Shown: positions 1 to 9,692, counted from the stretch's first letter. The stretch is 39,229 bases of DNA from Bacilli bacterium (GCA_028693535.1 JAQUVC010000001.1:1-39229), one strand, 5' to 3'. The notes: generated by a model not told the origin, from the letters alone. Numbers and translations are program-made.

Positions 1-349
1 GAAATAAATGGTTCATGCGCATGCGCATACAATCATGATTCTTGCAGCTAGCATCAATCATTTTTATTTCATCTTCGGTAATGGATATCGTATTATAAAA
101 ATCTTCTTGAAAGAGATACTGATAACTCACGCTTTGACCATCAACAGTAACGACTACAATTCCTTCTATACCCTTCACTGCGACAATCGTCTCTGATGAA
201 GTGAGAGGCGCTTGGTAAATAACATCGTTTTGGTATAGGATTTGAACATCTACATCTTTTCCTATGGTTTTTCTTGCAATATAGAGAACATAAAAAGATA
301 TCGATACAATTGTTACGAGAATAATAATTAGATAATCAAGTTTTTTCAT
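1..349 (-). CDS. NusG domain II-like (DUF1312-type) membrane-anchored protein; C-terminus runs off the window
   Basis: My own translation from ATG 349-347 (SD AGAGG 5 nt upstream) stays open to position 2: MKKLDYLIIILVTIVSISFYVLYIARKTIGKDVDVQILYQND...VTVDGQSVSYQ...IKMIDASCKNHDCMRMRMNH. It has an N-terminal TM helix and a Cys-x5-Cys segment like the ADCPDKxC motif I recall in NusG_II proteins. It is absent from the track because no stop codon lies in the window. Confidence 0.5.
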   Translation of the reverse strand, partial: MKKLDYLIIILVTIVSISFYVLYIARKTIGKDVDVQILYQNDVIYQAPLTSSETIVAVKGIEGIVVVTVDGQSVSYQYLFQEDFYNTISITEDEIKMIDASCKNHDCMRMRMNHLF

Positions 350-440
350 AGTGACCTCTATTAACATATTATTTTATCATTTTTCTCATTGATATGCAAA
401 TGATTTCACCTATTGATCCTATCTGAACTCATAATATAAC

Positions 441-467
441 AAATAAAAAAAGCCCTAGAATGGACTT
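441..467 (-). terminator. Intrinsic terminator after the small ORF
   Basis: Minus-strand RNA is AAGUCC-AUUCUA-GGGCUU followed by UUUUUAUUU. One pair is G-U on the minus strand but a C-A mismatch on the plus strand, so the hairpin favours the minus strand. Confidence 0.4.
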
Positions 468-472
468 TTTAA

Positions 473-571
473 TCAAAATAAACTACAGGCTATACAAAAT
501 AATAAGCCCACAGCACAAATTAAAATATAGAAACGAATTCTTTTTTCTTCTGCGGTCTTTAATTGATTCAT
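473..571 (-). CDS. 32-aa hydrophobic small protein (hypothetical)
   Basis: ATG 571-569 is preceded by AAGGAGG with 5-nt spacing. Translation: MNQLKTAEEKRIRFYILICAVGLLFCIACSLF, stop TGA at 475-473. Below the ORF-track length cutoff; no homology claim. Confidence 0.35.
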   Translation of the reverse strand: MNQLKTAEEKRIRFYILICAVGLLFCIACSLF

Positions 572-574
572 CAC

Positions 575-624
575 AGCCTCCTTAATCTTGTTATACTTAT
601 ATAACAATTAAGGGGGCTTTTTTT
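575..624 (+). terminator. Long interrupted hairpin plus T-tract that reads as an intrinsic terminator on the plus strand
   Basis: Positions 575-595 pair with 600-618 (19 bp, 2-nt bulge, loop CUUA). The pair 579/614 is U-G on plus-strand RNA but A-C on minus-strand RNA. On the plus strand the hairpin is followed by TTTTTTATTGGCTTTTTTT. It overlaps the SD of the small minus-strand ORF. Confidence 0.35.
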
Positions 625-635
625 ATTGGCTTTTT

Positions 636-2957
636 TTATTCATTTCTCAATGCATCGACTGGTGACTGATAAGCAGCAATAATCGCTGGAATCATCCCCG
701 CAATCATCGTAAGGATAATGCTACCAATTAATAGCAACGCTAAATACTCAGGTTTTGTTTGTACAATATCGAAAGTTGTAAGTCCTGTTGTTAAACTCGT
801 GTTTTGTGTAATGATATTTTTTACTAAACTATCAATCGGTTTTTCTAATACATATACACCAACGATTCCTAAAATTCCCGCAATAAACCCAATAATGGCT
901 GTTTCTGCATTGAAAACACGAGAAATATCTTTTTTTCTTGCCCCAAGGCTTCGTAGGATGCCAATTTCTTTGGTACGTTCAATAACAGAAATATACGTGA
1001 TGACTGCTATCATAATCGAAGATACAACCAACGAGATGGAAGCAAAAATAATCAAAACTTTTGTTAATACCGTCACGAATGTTGAAAACTCATTTGTGAT
1101 TCTACTGGTATAATCAGAAATGCTAATCCGTACATGACTGTCAGGATTGGTATAATCATTGATGTATTTGGTAATGTTTCCTCGGTCAGAAAATTTAGAT
1201 GTATAAATATAAAGCCTATTAATTTTCTTCATCCCATTGAGGCTAATCAAATTAGATTCATATTGATATGTTTTTGTTTGTGTTGAACTAATACCGATGC
1301 TATCTTGATAGGGTTGTCCCGTAAAAACATTTAAGTCTGTTCCATGTTGCTTTTGTTCTTGGACAATCTTTGATTGAACAGAGCGTTCATATACCAATTC
1401 TGTTAATGCTTTTGTATATAATAATCCCGATGAATAAAGTTTTGTGGTTGCTTGCGGTTCAATTCGTAAGATTCCCACAATGTTTAGTGTTGTTTGTGCA
1501 TTGTTATATAAATCCGCATAGTATGATTTCCCCTTAGAATAGTAACGATCATCCATTTTTACATAGTAATCATCATTATCAATCAATTTAAATTCTTTCC
1601 CAATAAAATCAGCAAATGTTAGTGATTCAGCATCTTCATAACTCATTCCTAGATAATAAAGCAACATTGCACTAATGCAGTTATAGCTATCAACCACCAA
1701 GGCAATTTCATTGGCATTTTGAGGAATACTTCCTTCTAACACGGTATATTGTTCATCGACAAAGTCTGTATTTTCCGTCATTTCATAAAAATAAGAATCT
1801 GTAACTTTTTGATAGGCTGCACCATCTTGATATAATAAATTCAAGCTGACTGATGTTCCATAGTTTATCAATGTATACCAATCGCTCGGCATTTCACTTA
1901 AATATTCAAAAAAATCATCTTCGATGGCATTATAATGTTCATATTGTGTCATGCCACGAACAACAGTAATGATGTCTTCTTCAGGGAATTCTTTCAATTT
2001 ACTATATATTGAAACTTCAGGTGAAGTTAAAACAGAACTAGTAACGTTAATTGGGTAATCACCAAGTGCTACTCGTTGTACGTCATCAATGTAGGCTGTC
2101 ATCCCATTAGAAACGGATAACACTAATCCAATGGCAACAATTCCAATACAACCAGCAATCATAGTTAATAGAGTTCGAGTAATTTTTGATTTTAAATTTA
2201 AAAATGACAACGATAAGGCTGTTACGATGGGCATGGATGTTTTTGTTTTCTTTCCTTCTTCAATCCTTTTTTCTTCCTTATCAAAAGGATTGCTATCACT
2301 GATAACAGACCCATCTTTTAAATTTATGATTCTTGTGGCATACTGTCTTGCAAATTCTTCATTATGAGTGACCATAACAACCAAACGTTCTAATGATATT
2401 TCTTTTAAAATATCTAAAATTTGTTGGGATGTTACAGAATCAAGTGCTCCTGTTGGTTCATCTGCTAAGATAATCTCAGGGTCATTAACTAAAGCACGAG
2501 CAATGGCAACTCTTTGCATCTGTCCACCACTTAGTTGATTTGGCCTCTTCTCTTTTTGGTCGGTCAATCCAACTCTCTCAAGCACTTCAGAGACTCTACT
2601 TTTTATTTTTGTTTTTGATATTCCTGATAATGTTAGCGCTAATTCAACATTCTTCCATACTGTGAGATGTTGAATTAAATTAAAACTCTGGAAAACAAAA
2701 CCAACCTTATCATTACGATAACTATCCCAGTCAGAATCTTTGTAGGTTTGTGTGTGTTGTTTTTCAATTAAAAAATCACCTCTTGTAGCCTTGTCAAGAC
2801 CACCGATAATATTTAACAACGTCGTTTTTCCACACCCACTCGGCCCTAAAATACTGACAAATTCTTGCTTGCGAAATCCAATACTAATATTGTTTAAAGC
2901 TCTTATCGATATATTTCCTACTTTATAATCTTTTGTGATATTCTTTAAATATAACAT
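636..2957 (-). CDS. MacB-type fused ABC transporter: N-terminal ATPase plus FtsX-like permease with a large extracytoplasmic loop
   Basis: Walker A GPSGCGKTT, signature LSGGQMQR, Walker B ILADEPT. A TM helix follows, then a ~380-aa loop and C-terminal FtsX-like TM helices. The ATG at 2957 (MLYLKNITKDY) has a GGAGG SD; the track start at 2969 lies inside that SD. Confidence 0.9.
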   Translation of the reverse strand: MLYLKNITKDYKVGNISIRALNNISIGFRKQEFVSILGPSGCGKTTLLNIIGGLDKATRGDFLIEKQHTQTYKDSDWDSYRNDKVGFVFQSFNLIQHLTVWKNVELALTLSGISKTKIKSRVSEVLERVGLTDQKEKRPNQLSGGQMQRVAIARALVNDPEIILADEPTGALDSVTSQQILDILKEISLERLVVMVTHNEEFARQYATRIINLKDGSVISDSNPFDKEEKRIEEGKKTKTSMPIVTALSLSFLNLKSKITRTLLTMIAGCIGIVAIGLVLSVSNGMTAYIDDVQRVALGDYPINVTSSVLTSPEVSIYSKLKEFPEEDIITVVRGMTQYEHYNAIEDDFFEYLSEMPSDWYTLINYGTSVSLNLLYQDGAAYQKVTDSYFYEMTENTDFVDEQYTVLEGSIPQNANEIALVVDSYNCISAMLLYYLGMSYEDAESLTFADFIGKEFKLIDNDDYYVKMDDRYYSKGKSYYADLYNNAQTTLNIVGILRIEPQATTKLYSSGLLYTKALTELVYERSVQSKIVQEQKQHGTDLNVFTGQPYQDSIGISSTQTKTYQYESNLISLNGMKKINRLYIYTSKFSDRGNITKYINDYTNPDSHVRISISDYTSRITNEFSTFVTVLTKVLIIFASISLVVSSIMIAVITYISVIERTKEIGILRSLGARKKDISRVFNAETAIIGFIAGILGIVGVYVLEKPIDSLVKNIITQNTSLTTGLTTFDIVQTKPEYLALLLIGSIILTMIAGMIPAIIAAYQSPVDALRNE

Positions 2958-3013
2958 ACTTGCCTCCAAACAATAATGAATGATAATCCATTTAGTCTAC
3001 TTTAACTTTTTTA

Positions 3014-3042
3014 ATTATATCTTAAAATTACATATCTGTCGA
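3014..3042 (-). promoter_or_regulatory. Candidate sigma-A promoter of the ABC gene (TCGACA-17-TATAAT)
   Basis: On the minus strand, -35 TCGACA is at 3042-3037 and -10 TATAAT at 3019-3014, with a 17-nt spacer. Confidence 0.35.
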
Positions 3043-3079
3043 CAATTATCTTAAAATAACCATTTAACAATGGAAGCCC

Positions 3080-3116
3080 ATAAATAAAAGGCTATTTGAT
3101 ATCTACCAATAGCCTT
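3080..3116 (-). terminator. Intrinsic terminator downstream of rplQ
   Basis: A 9-bp stem AAGGCUAUU/AAUAGCCUU (3088-3096 / 3108-3116) is followed on the minus strand by UUUUAUUUA. Confidence 0.6.
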
Positions 3117-3125
3117 GTTTTTGTT

Positions 3126-3488
3126 TTATACGAATTCGATGATTGCCATAGGCGCAGAGTCTCCGCGTCTAGGTCCTGTTTTTAAGACTCTTGTATAGCC
3201 ACCTTTTCTGTCTTGATATTTTTTAGCAATTTCAGCAAATAGCTTTTGAACAGCATATTCTTTTTCATTTGCCATTTCAAATCTAACCAATTCAGCAGCT
3301 TGGCATCTAGCAGCTAAAGTTCCTTTTTTCCCAAGAGTTACCATTTTATCGGCTAATCTTTTTAGTTCTTTAGCTTTATGAAGAGTTGTTTCAATACGTT
3401 CATTAATAATTAAATCCGTAACCAAATCTCTCAGTAATGCTTTACGTTGAGCTGAGTTACGACCTAATCTTCGATAACCTAATGACAT
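3126..3488 (-). CDS. rplQ: 50S ribosomal protein L17
   Basis: 120 aa starting [22 protein letters not shown]. It is the last gene of the alpha operon after rpoA and has a GGGAGG SD. Confidence 0.97.
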   Translation of the reverse strand: MSLGYRRLGRNSAQRKALLRDLVTDLIINERIETTLHKAKELKRLADKMVTLGKKGTLAARCQAAELVRFEMANEKEYAVQKLFAEIAKKYQDRKGGYTRVLKTGPRRGDSAPMAIIEFV

Positions 3489-3518
3489 TATTTTAGTCCT
3501 CCCTTTGGTTTTTTTTGA

Positions 3519-4595
3519 CTAGAAAATATCATCATCTGATGAATTGTCATCATCATCTTTATCAATATCTTCGTTGTCTAGATAACTAGTATCTGTATCG
3601 TATGTGCGACGTAAGTCCAATCCAATTTCTCGAAGCTTTTGTACCACTTCTTTTAATGATTTTCGACCTAAATTTCTTACTCTCATCATTTCTTCTTCAT
3701 TTTTTTGAGTAAGTTCGCCAACGGTATTAATACCAGCGCGTTTTAAGCAATTGTAAGAACGAACAGATAAATCAAGTTCTTCGATTTTCTTTTCAAATTT
3801 TTTGTTTGAAACTTTTTCTTCACGTTCATACATATATTGTTCTTGTATTACAATTTCATTTAAATGTGATACGACCTCAAAATGCTCTTGCAAGAACTTT
3901 GATGCAAGCGAGATTGCATCCGCAGGTTTTATTGATTTGTTTGTCCAAACTTCCATTGTAAGTTTGTCGAAATCAACATCTTCATCAACCCTTGTTTTAT
4001 CGGCAGTATATCTTACTTTTGTAACTGGAGTATAAATTGCATCTATTGCTATTCTCGTTGTAATTAAATTTCCGCTTCTATCTTTACAAAAAACTTTGTT
4101 TTCCTCAGCGCAAACATAACCAATTCCTCTTCTAGCATAGAAACGAGCTTTAAATTTTCCACCCTTTTCTAGTGTTGCAATAACTTGATCTGGATTTACA
4201 ATTTTTATTTCACTACTATGCTCCAAATCCCCCGCTTTGATAACTCTTTCACCTTCAGCATCAATATTTAATTCATATAGTTCTTGACCTTCTTGTGGCA
4301 TTGATTTAAATAGTTTGTCCTCATCTATTGAAATGATAACATTTTTTAAATTAAGAATGATTTCTGTTACATCTTCCAATACACCATTTAGTGCCATGAA
4401 CTCATGTGCAACCCCTTCAACATCCATAGCTACAATTGCCACCCCTGGCATAGATGATAGCAACACACGACGAAGTGCATTACCTAAAGTAATCCCATAT
4501 CCTCTTTCTAATGGAGAAATTATGAATTTACCGTAATTTTCTGAATCACTAGATTCAACAGTAGTTTGAGGTTTAATAAATTCGAATTTTCTCAT
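3519..4595 (-). CDS. rpoA: DNA-directed RNA polymerase alpha subunit, with an extra acidic C-terminal tail
   Basis: 358 aa. NTD contains LERGYGITLGNALRRVLLSS; CTD contains LSVRSYNCLKRAGINTVGEL. AGGAGG SD. It ends YDTDTSYLDNEDIDKDDDDNSSDDDIF. Confidence 0.97.
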   Translation of the reverse strand: MRKFEFIKPQTTVESSDSENYGKFIISPLERGYGITLGNALRRVLLSSMPGVAIVAMDVEGVAHEFMALNGVLEDVTEIILNLKNVIISIDEDKLFKSMPQEGQELYELNIDAEGERVIKAGDLEHSSEIKIVNPDQVIATLEKGGKFKARFYARRGIGYVCAEENKVFCKDRSGNLITTRIAIDAIYTPVTKVRYTADKTRVDEDVDFDKLTMEVWTNKSIKPADAISLASKFLQEHFEVVSHLNEIVIQEQYMYEREEKVSNKKFEKKIEELDLSVRSYNCLKRAGINTVGELTQKNEEEMMRVRNLGRKSLKEVVQKLREIGLDLRRTYDTDTSYLDNEDIDKDDDDNSSDDDIF

Positions 4596-4631
4596 TCGGT
4601 CCTCCTTTTATTTTTGTTCAGTAGTATATCT

Positions 4632-5015
4632 CTATCCTCTAGGTTGTTTTGGAGGACGACAACCATTGTGTGGAATTGGAGTAACATCTTTAATCGATGT
4701 GATTTCAAGACCAGCAACTTGTAATGATCTAATAGCCGCCTCGCGTCCTGGACCTGGGCCTTTAACAGAAACTTCAACTTTGATCATACCACTATCTAAA
4801 GCGGCTTTAGCACAGGCTTCAGAAGCTTGTGATGCTGCAAAAGGAGTCGATTTTTTACTACCTTTAAAGCCAAGTGCTCCTGCACTACTCCAAGCAATCG
4901 CATTTCCTGCAGTATCCGTTATTGTAATAATTGTGTTATTAAAAGTAGAATGAATATGTGCCACTCCGTTAGGAATATTCTTTTTAACTCTACGTTTACG
5001 AATTTTACGAGCCAT
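4632..5015 (-). CDS. rpsK: 30S ribosomal protein S11
   Basis: 127 aa containing [18 protein letters not shown]; conserved position between rpsM and rpoA. Confidence 0.97.
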   Translation of the reverse strand: MARKIRKRRVKKNIPNGVAHIHSTFNNTIITITDTAGNAIAWSSAGALGFKGSKKSTPFAASQASEACAKAALDSGMIKVEVSVKGPGPGREAAIRSLQVAGLEITSIKDVTPIPHNGCRPPKQPRG

Positions 5016-5028
5016 TATTCAATTCCTC

Positions 5029-5394
5029 CTATTTCTTCTTATTCGCTACAGTTTTAACTTTACCTTTACGAGTACGAGCATTACATCTTGTGTTTTGTCC
5101 TCTTACTGGTAATCCTTTACGATGACGGATTCCTCTGTAGCATCCAATTTCCATCAATCTTTTAATATTCATAGCAACTTCACGACGTAAATCACCCTCT
5201 ACTTTTAATGTGGCTATTTCTCGTCTAATGGTTGCTAGTTCTTCTTCACTTAAATCTTTAACGCGTTTGTTTTCATCAACGCCTGCTTTTTGTAATATTT
5301 CAATTGCTGTTGGTTTTCCTATTCCATAAATGTATGTTAGCGAAATCACAACTCGCTTATCACGTGGAATATCAACACCAGAAATACGTGCCAT
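5029..5394 (-). CDS. rpsM: 30S ribosomal protein S13
   Basis: 121 aa starting [26 protein letters not shown]. Confidence 0.97.
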   Translation of the reverse strand: MARISGVDIPRDKRVVISLTYIYGIGKPTAIEILQKAGVDENKRVKDLSEEELATIRREIATLKVEGDLRREVAMNIKRLMEIGCYRGIRHRKGLPVRGQNTRCNARTRKGKVKTVANKKK

Positions 5395-5411
5395 ATATTT
5401 GCACCTCCTAA

Positions 5412-5525
5412 TTATCCTTGTTTTTGTTTGTGTTTTGGATTTTTACAAATAACCATAACTTTACCGTTACGTTTTATTACTTTACATTGATCACACATTG
5501 GTTTTACTGATGGTCTAACCTTCAT
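5412..5525 (-). CDS. rpmJ: 50S ribosomal protein L36 (zinc-ribbon form)
   Basis: Hand translation gives [37 protein letters not shown] with stop TAA at 5414-5412. AGGAGG SD. Too short for the ORF track. Lies between infA and rpsM as expected. Confidence 0.95.
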   Translation of the reverse strand: MKVRPSVKPMCDQCKVIKRNGKVMVICKNPKHKQKQG

Positions 5526-5583
5526 TTTTAAATTCCTCCTTAAATAGTTTCATAAGAAACTGGGTTTGAATTGCTAGCATTAC

Positions 5584-5802
5584 TTATTTGTGTCGATAAG
5601 TAATACGTCCACGTGTTAAGTCATATGGTGATAATTCAACAGTTACTCTATCACCTGGTAAAATGAATATGAAATTCATACGGATTTTACCAGAAACGTG
5701 GGCTACTATTTGATGTCCATTATCTAATTTAACTCGAAAAATCGAATTAGGTAGGGACTCAATAACTGTTCCTTTAAGTTCTATCACATCATTCTTTGAC
5801 AT
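5584..5802 (-). CDS. infA: Translation initiation factor IF-1
   Basis: 72 aa from the ATG at 5802 ([19 protein letters not shown]...), with an AGGAGG SD 8 nt upstream. The track's longer ORF starts inside map. Confidence 0.95.
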   Translation of the reverse strand: MSKNDVIELKGTVIESLPNSIFRVKLDNGHQIVAHVSGKIRMNFIFILPGDRVTVELSPYDLTRGRITYRHK

Positions 5803-6562
5803 TGGCAAAGCCTCCTTCAATCGTTAATATCTCATATCCTTGTTCTGTTATAACAATGGTATGTTCAAAATGAGCACTATCACTGCCATCAATGGTTACT
5901 GTTGTCCAGTCGTCACTTAGTATTTTAACATCTGCACGACCAGTATTAACCATTGGCTCAATAGCAAGGGTCATTCCGACTCTTAATACCGGACCATGAC
6001 CAGCAGGTCCGTAATTAGGTATCATTGGATCTTCATGCAAATCACGTCCAACACCATGTCCAGTAAAATCTTTCACAACAGAATAACCATTGCTTAAAAC
6101 ATACTGTTCAATTGCATGAGAAATATCGGATAAACGGTTTAAGGGTTTGGCTAATTCTAAGCCTTTATACAAAGATTCTTCTGTGATCTTTAAAAGTCTT
6201 TGTCGGGCTTCACTTATTTCGCCAACACCATGAGTCATAGCACTATCGCCATGATAGCCTTTATAATTGGCTCCAATATCAATGGCAATAATATCACCTT
6301 TTTTACATTTTATTTTTTTATTAGGGATACCGTGGATAACAACATCATTTATTGAAGCGCAAATAGATCCAGGGAAACCGCCATATCCTTTGAAGGATGG
6401 AGTTGCTCCTGCACTTCTAATTACATCTTCAGCAATCTTATCAAGTTGATCGGTCGATACACCAGGCGCAATTGCTTCCTTAACAGCTCTATGAGCTCTA
6501 GCCACAATTCTTCCAGCTTCTTTCATCAACTCTATTTCTCGATTACTTTTTAGTAAAATCAT
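5789..6562 (-). CDS. map: Type I methionine aminopeptidase
   Basis: 257 aa containing [29 protein letters not shown] and LAIEPM. ATGA overlap with the adk stop. Confidence 0.95.
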   Translation of the reverse strand: MILLKSNREIELMKEAGRIVARAHRAVKEAIAPGVSTDQLDKIAEDVIRSAGATPSFKGYGGFPGSICASINDVVIHGIPNKKIKCKKGDIIAIDIGANYKGYHGDSAMTHGVGEISEARQRLLKITEESLYKGLELAKPLNRLSDISHAIEQYVLSNGYSVVKDFTGHGVGRDLHEDPMIPNYGPAGHGPVLRVGMTLAIEPMVNTGRADVKILSDDWTTVTIDGSDSAHFEHTIVITEQGYEILTIEGGFANVKE

Positions 6563-7209
6563 TCATTGCCTCCAAGAAGGATTGTAACCTTCGCAAATAT
6601 CTCTTCAATATTTCCGTGACCACTAACATTTTTTACCAAACCTTGTTTAAAATAATATTCTAACACTGGCTCAGTTAATTGGTGATACACATGTAGCCTG
6701 TTTTTAATTGTTTCTTCCGTGTCATCAACTCTTTGAATTAATTTTCCCCCACAAACATCGCAAACACCCATTACTTTGGGTTTTTTATTTGTCATGTGGT
6801 AGCTTTCTTTACAAACAGAGCAAGTACGACGGCCAACAATTCTATCAATCAAAATTTCATCATCAATATCAACATTTAAAACAGCATCTAATTTAATCTC
6901 AAGTCTATTCAACATTCCATCAAGAGCTTGCGCTTGAGCTATTGTTCGAGGAAAGCCATCTAAAAGAAAACCATTTTTACAATCTTCATTTAGAAGTCTT
7001 TCTCTCACCAATTCAATAGTCACACTATCGGGCACTAAATCACCTTTATCAATATATTTTTTTGCTTCCTTCCCTATTTGAGTTTGTTTTGAGATTGCTT
7101 CTCGAAACATATCACCAGTAGAGATATGAGGAATTGCAAAATATTCTTTAATTAAGGCTGCTTGGGTTCCTTTTCCAGCCCCTGGAGCTCCCATTATTAG
7201 TAAACGCAT
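6559..7209 (-). CDS. adk: Adenylate kinase (zinc-lid type)
   Basis: The ATG at 7209 gives [16 protein letters not shown] (P-loop). The LID has CSVC...CDVC. SD AGGAGA. The track start at 7227 reaches into the secY stop region. Confidence 0.95.
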   Translation of the reverse strand: MRLLIMGAPGAGKGTQAALIKEYFAIPHISTGDMFREAISKQTQIGKEAKKYIDKGDLVPDSVTIELVRERLLNEDCKNGFLLDGFPRTIAQAQALDGMLNRLEIKLDAVLNVDIDDEILIDRIVGRRTCSVCKESYHMTNKKPKVMGVCDVCGGKLIQRVDDTEETIKNRLHVYHQLTEPVLEYYFKQGLVKNVSGHGNIEEIFAKVTILLGGNE

Positions 7210-7219
7210 ATTTTTTCTC

Positions 7220-8506
7220 CTAGTCAATGAAGCCTCGATATTGCTTCTCTTGACTTTGAGTTTTCAGTTGTTTTACAGTTTCAATGGCAACACCGACAAC
7301 GATAATTAAACTTGTTCCACCAACTTGAACTGAAGATGGCAAATCGAATATCTTCGCAGCAATAATTGGAACTGCAGCTACGATTGATAAGTATGTTGCA
7401 CCAACCATAGTAATCTTGAATAATACTCTTGAGAAATAAGATGCTGTTTCATCACCAGGTCTAATACCTGGGATATAGGCGTTTTGCTTTTGTAAGTTTT
7501 CTGCCATCTTTTCTGGGTTTATTTGTAAGAACGCATAGAAGAATGAGAAAACAAATATTAATATAATATATAGTACAAAACCAATTGGTTCACTTGCGCT
7601 AAAAATATTCGTAATCCATGTTTTTGCTGTTGCATTTGTTAAGAAATTTGAGATTGTTGTTGGCAAGCTCATTAATGTTGAAGCAAAAATAACGGGGATA
7701 ACGCTTGCTGAGTTTAATTTAATTGGGACATTAGAATCGCTTTTACCTCTAAACGAAGCTGTCGCAGGTCGATTCGCATATTGAATAGGAATCTTTCTTT
7801 GTGCTGTTTCAATAAAGATAACACCGATAATAATTAATACCATTAGTAATATTACACCAAAGAAGATGAAGATATTACCAATTTCTTCGCCACCAGAAAT
7901 AATATATTTTTGAATTAAATCATTAATCATATCAGGGAAGCTAGCAATAATACCTGCAACGATAATCATTGATGTACCATTTCCAATTCCTTTTTGTGTG
8001 ATTCTTTCAGCAATCCATAATACAAATGCTGTACCAGCTGTCATTACGATTGATAAGTAAATATATGTCATTGGTGTGATTGGCGTTCCTGGACCAAACA
8101 AAGCATTATTGTAAGATACAGAGATACCAATGGTTAATGTCATAGCTTGAACAAATGCTAAACCAAGTGAAAGATATCTTGTCAATTGGTTTAATTTTTC
8201 TTTTCCTACTTGTCCTTCTTCCGACCACTCTTTTAATATAGGAACAATATCCATCTGCAACAATTGAATAACAATTGAAGCGGTGATATAAGGACCAATA
8301 CCCAAAGCAACGATTGAGAAGTTTGACAATGCTCCACCACTAAATACATCTAAGAAACCAAACATTGATTCTCCTGAGGAGAACAATTGTTTTACATATT
8401 CAATTTCAACAAATGGTATTTGGATAAAATATCCAAAACGATAAATAAATAGAAATAGTGCAGTAAATAATAAGCTAATCCATATTTTTTTATTTTTGAT
8501 TGCCAT
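7220..8506 (-). CDS. secY: Preprotein translocase subunit SecY
   Basis: 428 aa polytopic membrane protein between rplO and adk. Confidence 0.95.
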   Translation of the reverse strand: MAIKNKKIWISLLFTALFLFIYRFGYFIQIPFVEIEYVKQLFSSGESMFGFLDVFSGGALSNFSIVALGIGPYITASIVIQLLQMDIVPILKEWSEEGQVGKEKLNQLTRYLSLGLAFVQAMTLTIGISVSYNNALFGPGTPITPMTYIYLSIVMTAGTAFVLWIAERITQKGIGNGTSMIIVAGIIASFPDMINDLIQKYIISGGEEIGNIFIFFGVILLMVLIIIGVIFIETAQRKIPIQYANRPATASFRGKSDSNVPIKLNSASVIPVIFASTLMSLPTTISNFLTNATAKTWITNIFSASEPIGFVLYIILIFVFSFFYAFLQINPEKMAENLQKQNAYIPGIRPGDETASYFSRVLFKITMVGATYLSIVAAVPIIAAKIFDLPSSVQVGGTSLIIVVGVAIETVKQLKTQSQEKQYRGFID

Positions 8507-8507
8507 A

Positions 8508-8954
8508 TTAGATTACCTCTATTTTTCCACCAGCTTCAACAATTCCCTTTTCTGCTGATTTAGAAAATTTATGAGCACATATGATTAGATTTTTTTCTAA
8601 CTTACCATTTCCTAAAACCTTAATATTTTTTACATTTTTACTAACTAGCCCTACTTTTACGAGCATTTCAGGAGTAACTTTACTTCCTTCTTTAAAACAA
8701 TCACAGTTAAGATCCGCTATGTTAACAACTGCATATTCTTTTCTATTCATGTTTGTGAATCCTCGCTTTGGCAATCTCTTGAATAATGGTGTTTGTCCAC
8801 CTTCAAATCCTGGACGAACTCCACCACCGCTACGAGAATTTTGTCCTTTGCTTCCACGACCACTTGTTTTACCGTGACCGCTACCTGTTCCACGACCAAC
8901 GCGTTTTCTACTATGTCTTGCGCCATCTACAGGCTTTAAATCATGTAATTCCAT
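8508..8954 (-). CDS. rplO: 50S ribosomal protein L15
   Basis: 148 aa starting [34 protein letters not shown]. Confidence 0.97.
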   Translation of the reverse strand: MELHDLKPVDGARHSRKRVGRGTGSGHGKTSGRGSKGQNSRSGGGVRPGFEGGQTPLFKRLPKRGFTNMNRKEYAVVNIADLNCDCFKEGSKVTPEMLVKVGLVSKNVKNIKVLGNGKLEKNLIICAHKFSKSAEKGIVEAGGKIEVI

Positions 8955-8963
8955 GTGAGCCTC

Positions 8964-9155
8964 CTAACCTTCTAACACTTCTAATAAATGACTAACAGTT
9001 GCGATCATTCCGCGAACTGCTTCGTTATCTGGTTTAGTAACAACTTGATTAACTTTCGATAAACCCAATGCTTTCAAAGTTTTTGCCTGATTAGGTTTAC
9101 GACCGAATGAACTTTTTACTAATTTAATAGTAATATTCTTTTCTTTTTTTGCCAT
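8964..9155 (-). CDS. rpmD: 50S ribosomal protein L30
   Basis: 63 aa starting MAKKEKNITIKLVKSSFGRKPNQAKTLKALGL. Confidence 0.95.
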   Translation of the reverse strand: MAKKEKNITIKLVKSSFGRKPNQAKTLKALGLSKVNQVVTKPDNEAVRGMIATVSHLLEVLEG

Positions 9156-9161
9156 TTGTTT

Positions 9162-9692
9162 CTACCCCAAAATTTCCTCAGGCTTTTTACCCCTAATTTC
9201 AGCAACTTCTTCAACTGTTCTTAGAGATTCAAGTCCTTGCATAGTTGCTCTTACTATGTTAATAGGAGTACTTGAGCCTATTGATTTTGATAAAATATCA
9301 GATATTCCTGCCAACTCAACTACCGCACGTACTGGTCCACCAGCGATAACGCCAGTTCCATCAGGTGCAGGTTTTAAGAAAACACGACCTGCTCCATACA
9401 CACCTGTAACAGAGTGAGGTATTGTTGTATTAACAACGGGAACATGAATTAAATTTCTTTTTGCATCTTCAACTGCTTTTTTAATTGCATCAGGGATTTC
9501 AATAGCTTTGCCTGTACCTAAGCCAACACGGCCTTTGTGGTCACCTACTACTACTAATGCGCTAAAACGATATCTTCTACCGCCCTTAACTACCTTAGTA
9601 ACGTGGTTAATGCTAACTACGCGTTCTTCGAATTCTTTAACGACTTCTTCAACAACTCTCTTACTTCTTCTATTTTCTTTTTCTTGTTTCAT
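9162..9692 (-). CDS. rpsE: 30S ribosomal protein S5
   Basis: Contains [21 protein letters not shown]. The ATG at 9692 sits 6 nt after GGAGG. The track start at 9698 is a TTG inside that spacing. Confidence 0.95.
   Translation of the reverse strand: MKQEKENRRSKRVVEEVVKEFEERVVSINHVTKVVKGGRRYRFSALVVVGDHKGRVGLGTGKAIEIPDAIKKAVEDAKRNLIHVPVVNTTIPHSVTGVYGAGRVFLKPAPDGTGVIAGGPVRAVVELAGISDILSKSIGSSTPINIVRATMQGLESLRTVEEVAEIRGKKPEEILG

Noticed and set aside
8-196. 62-aa plus-strand ORF from the track.
   Set aside because: The sequence is low-complexity with no SD. It lies antisense to a better-supported minus-strand ORF (1-349) that has an SD, a TM helix and a NusG_II-like Cys motif.
2970-3125. Absence of the usual ecfA-ecfA-ecfT-truA-rplM-rpsI genes after rplQ, as a possible rearrangement or insertion.
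   Set aside because: A clean terminator follows rplQ, and an ordinary ABC gene with its own promoter comes next. No mobile-element scars are visible. This is probably just lineage-specific synteny.
4592-4777. 61-aa minus-strand ORF overlapping the rpsK 3' end and the rpoA start.
   Set aside because: It is an alternate frame of S11 with no independent signals.
5803-5820. N-terminally extended starts given by the track for infA, adk (7227), rplF (10640), rpsE (9698), rpmC (13037), rplC (17224), the ABC gene (2969), the exonuclease (22801), the SGNH esterase (25072), the Crp/Fnr gene (33534) and hydA (36076).
   Set aside because: In each case a downstream ATG has a properly spaced GGAGG-type SD and reproduces the conserved family N-terminus. 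Several of the extended starts are TTG or GTG codons lying inside the SD or inside the upstream gene.
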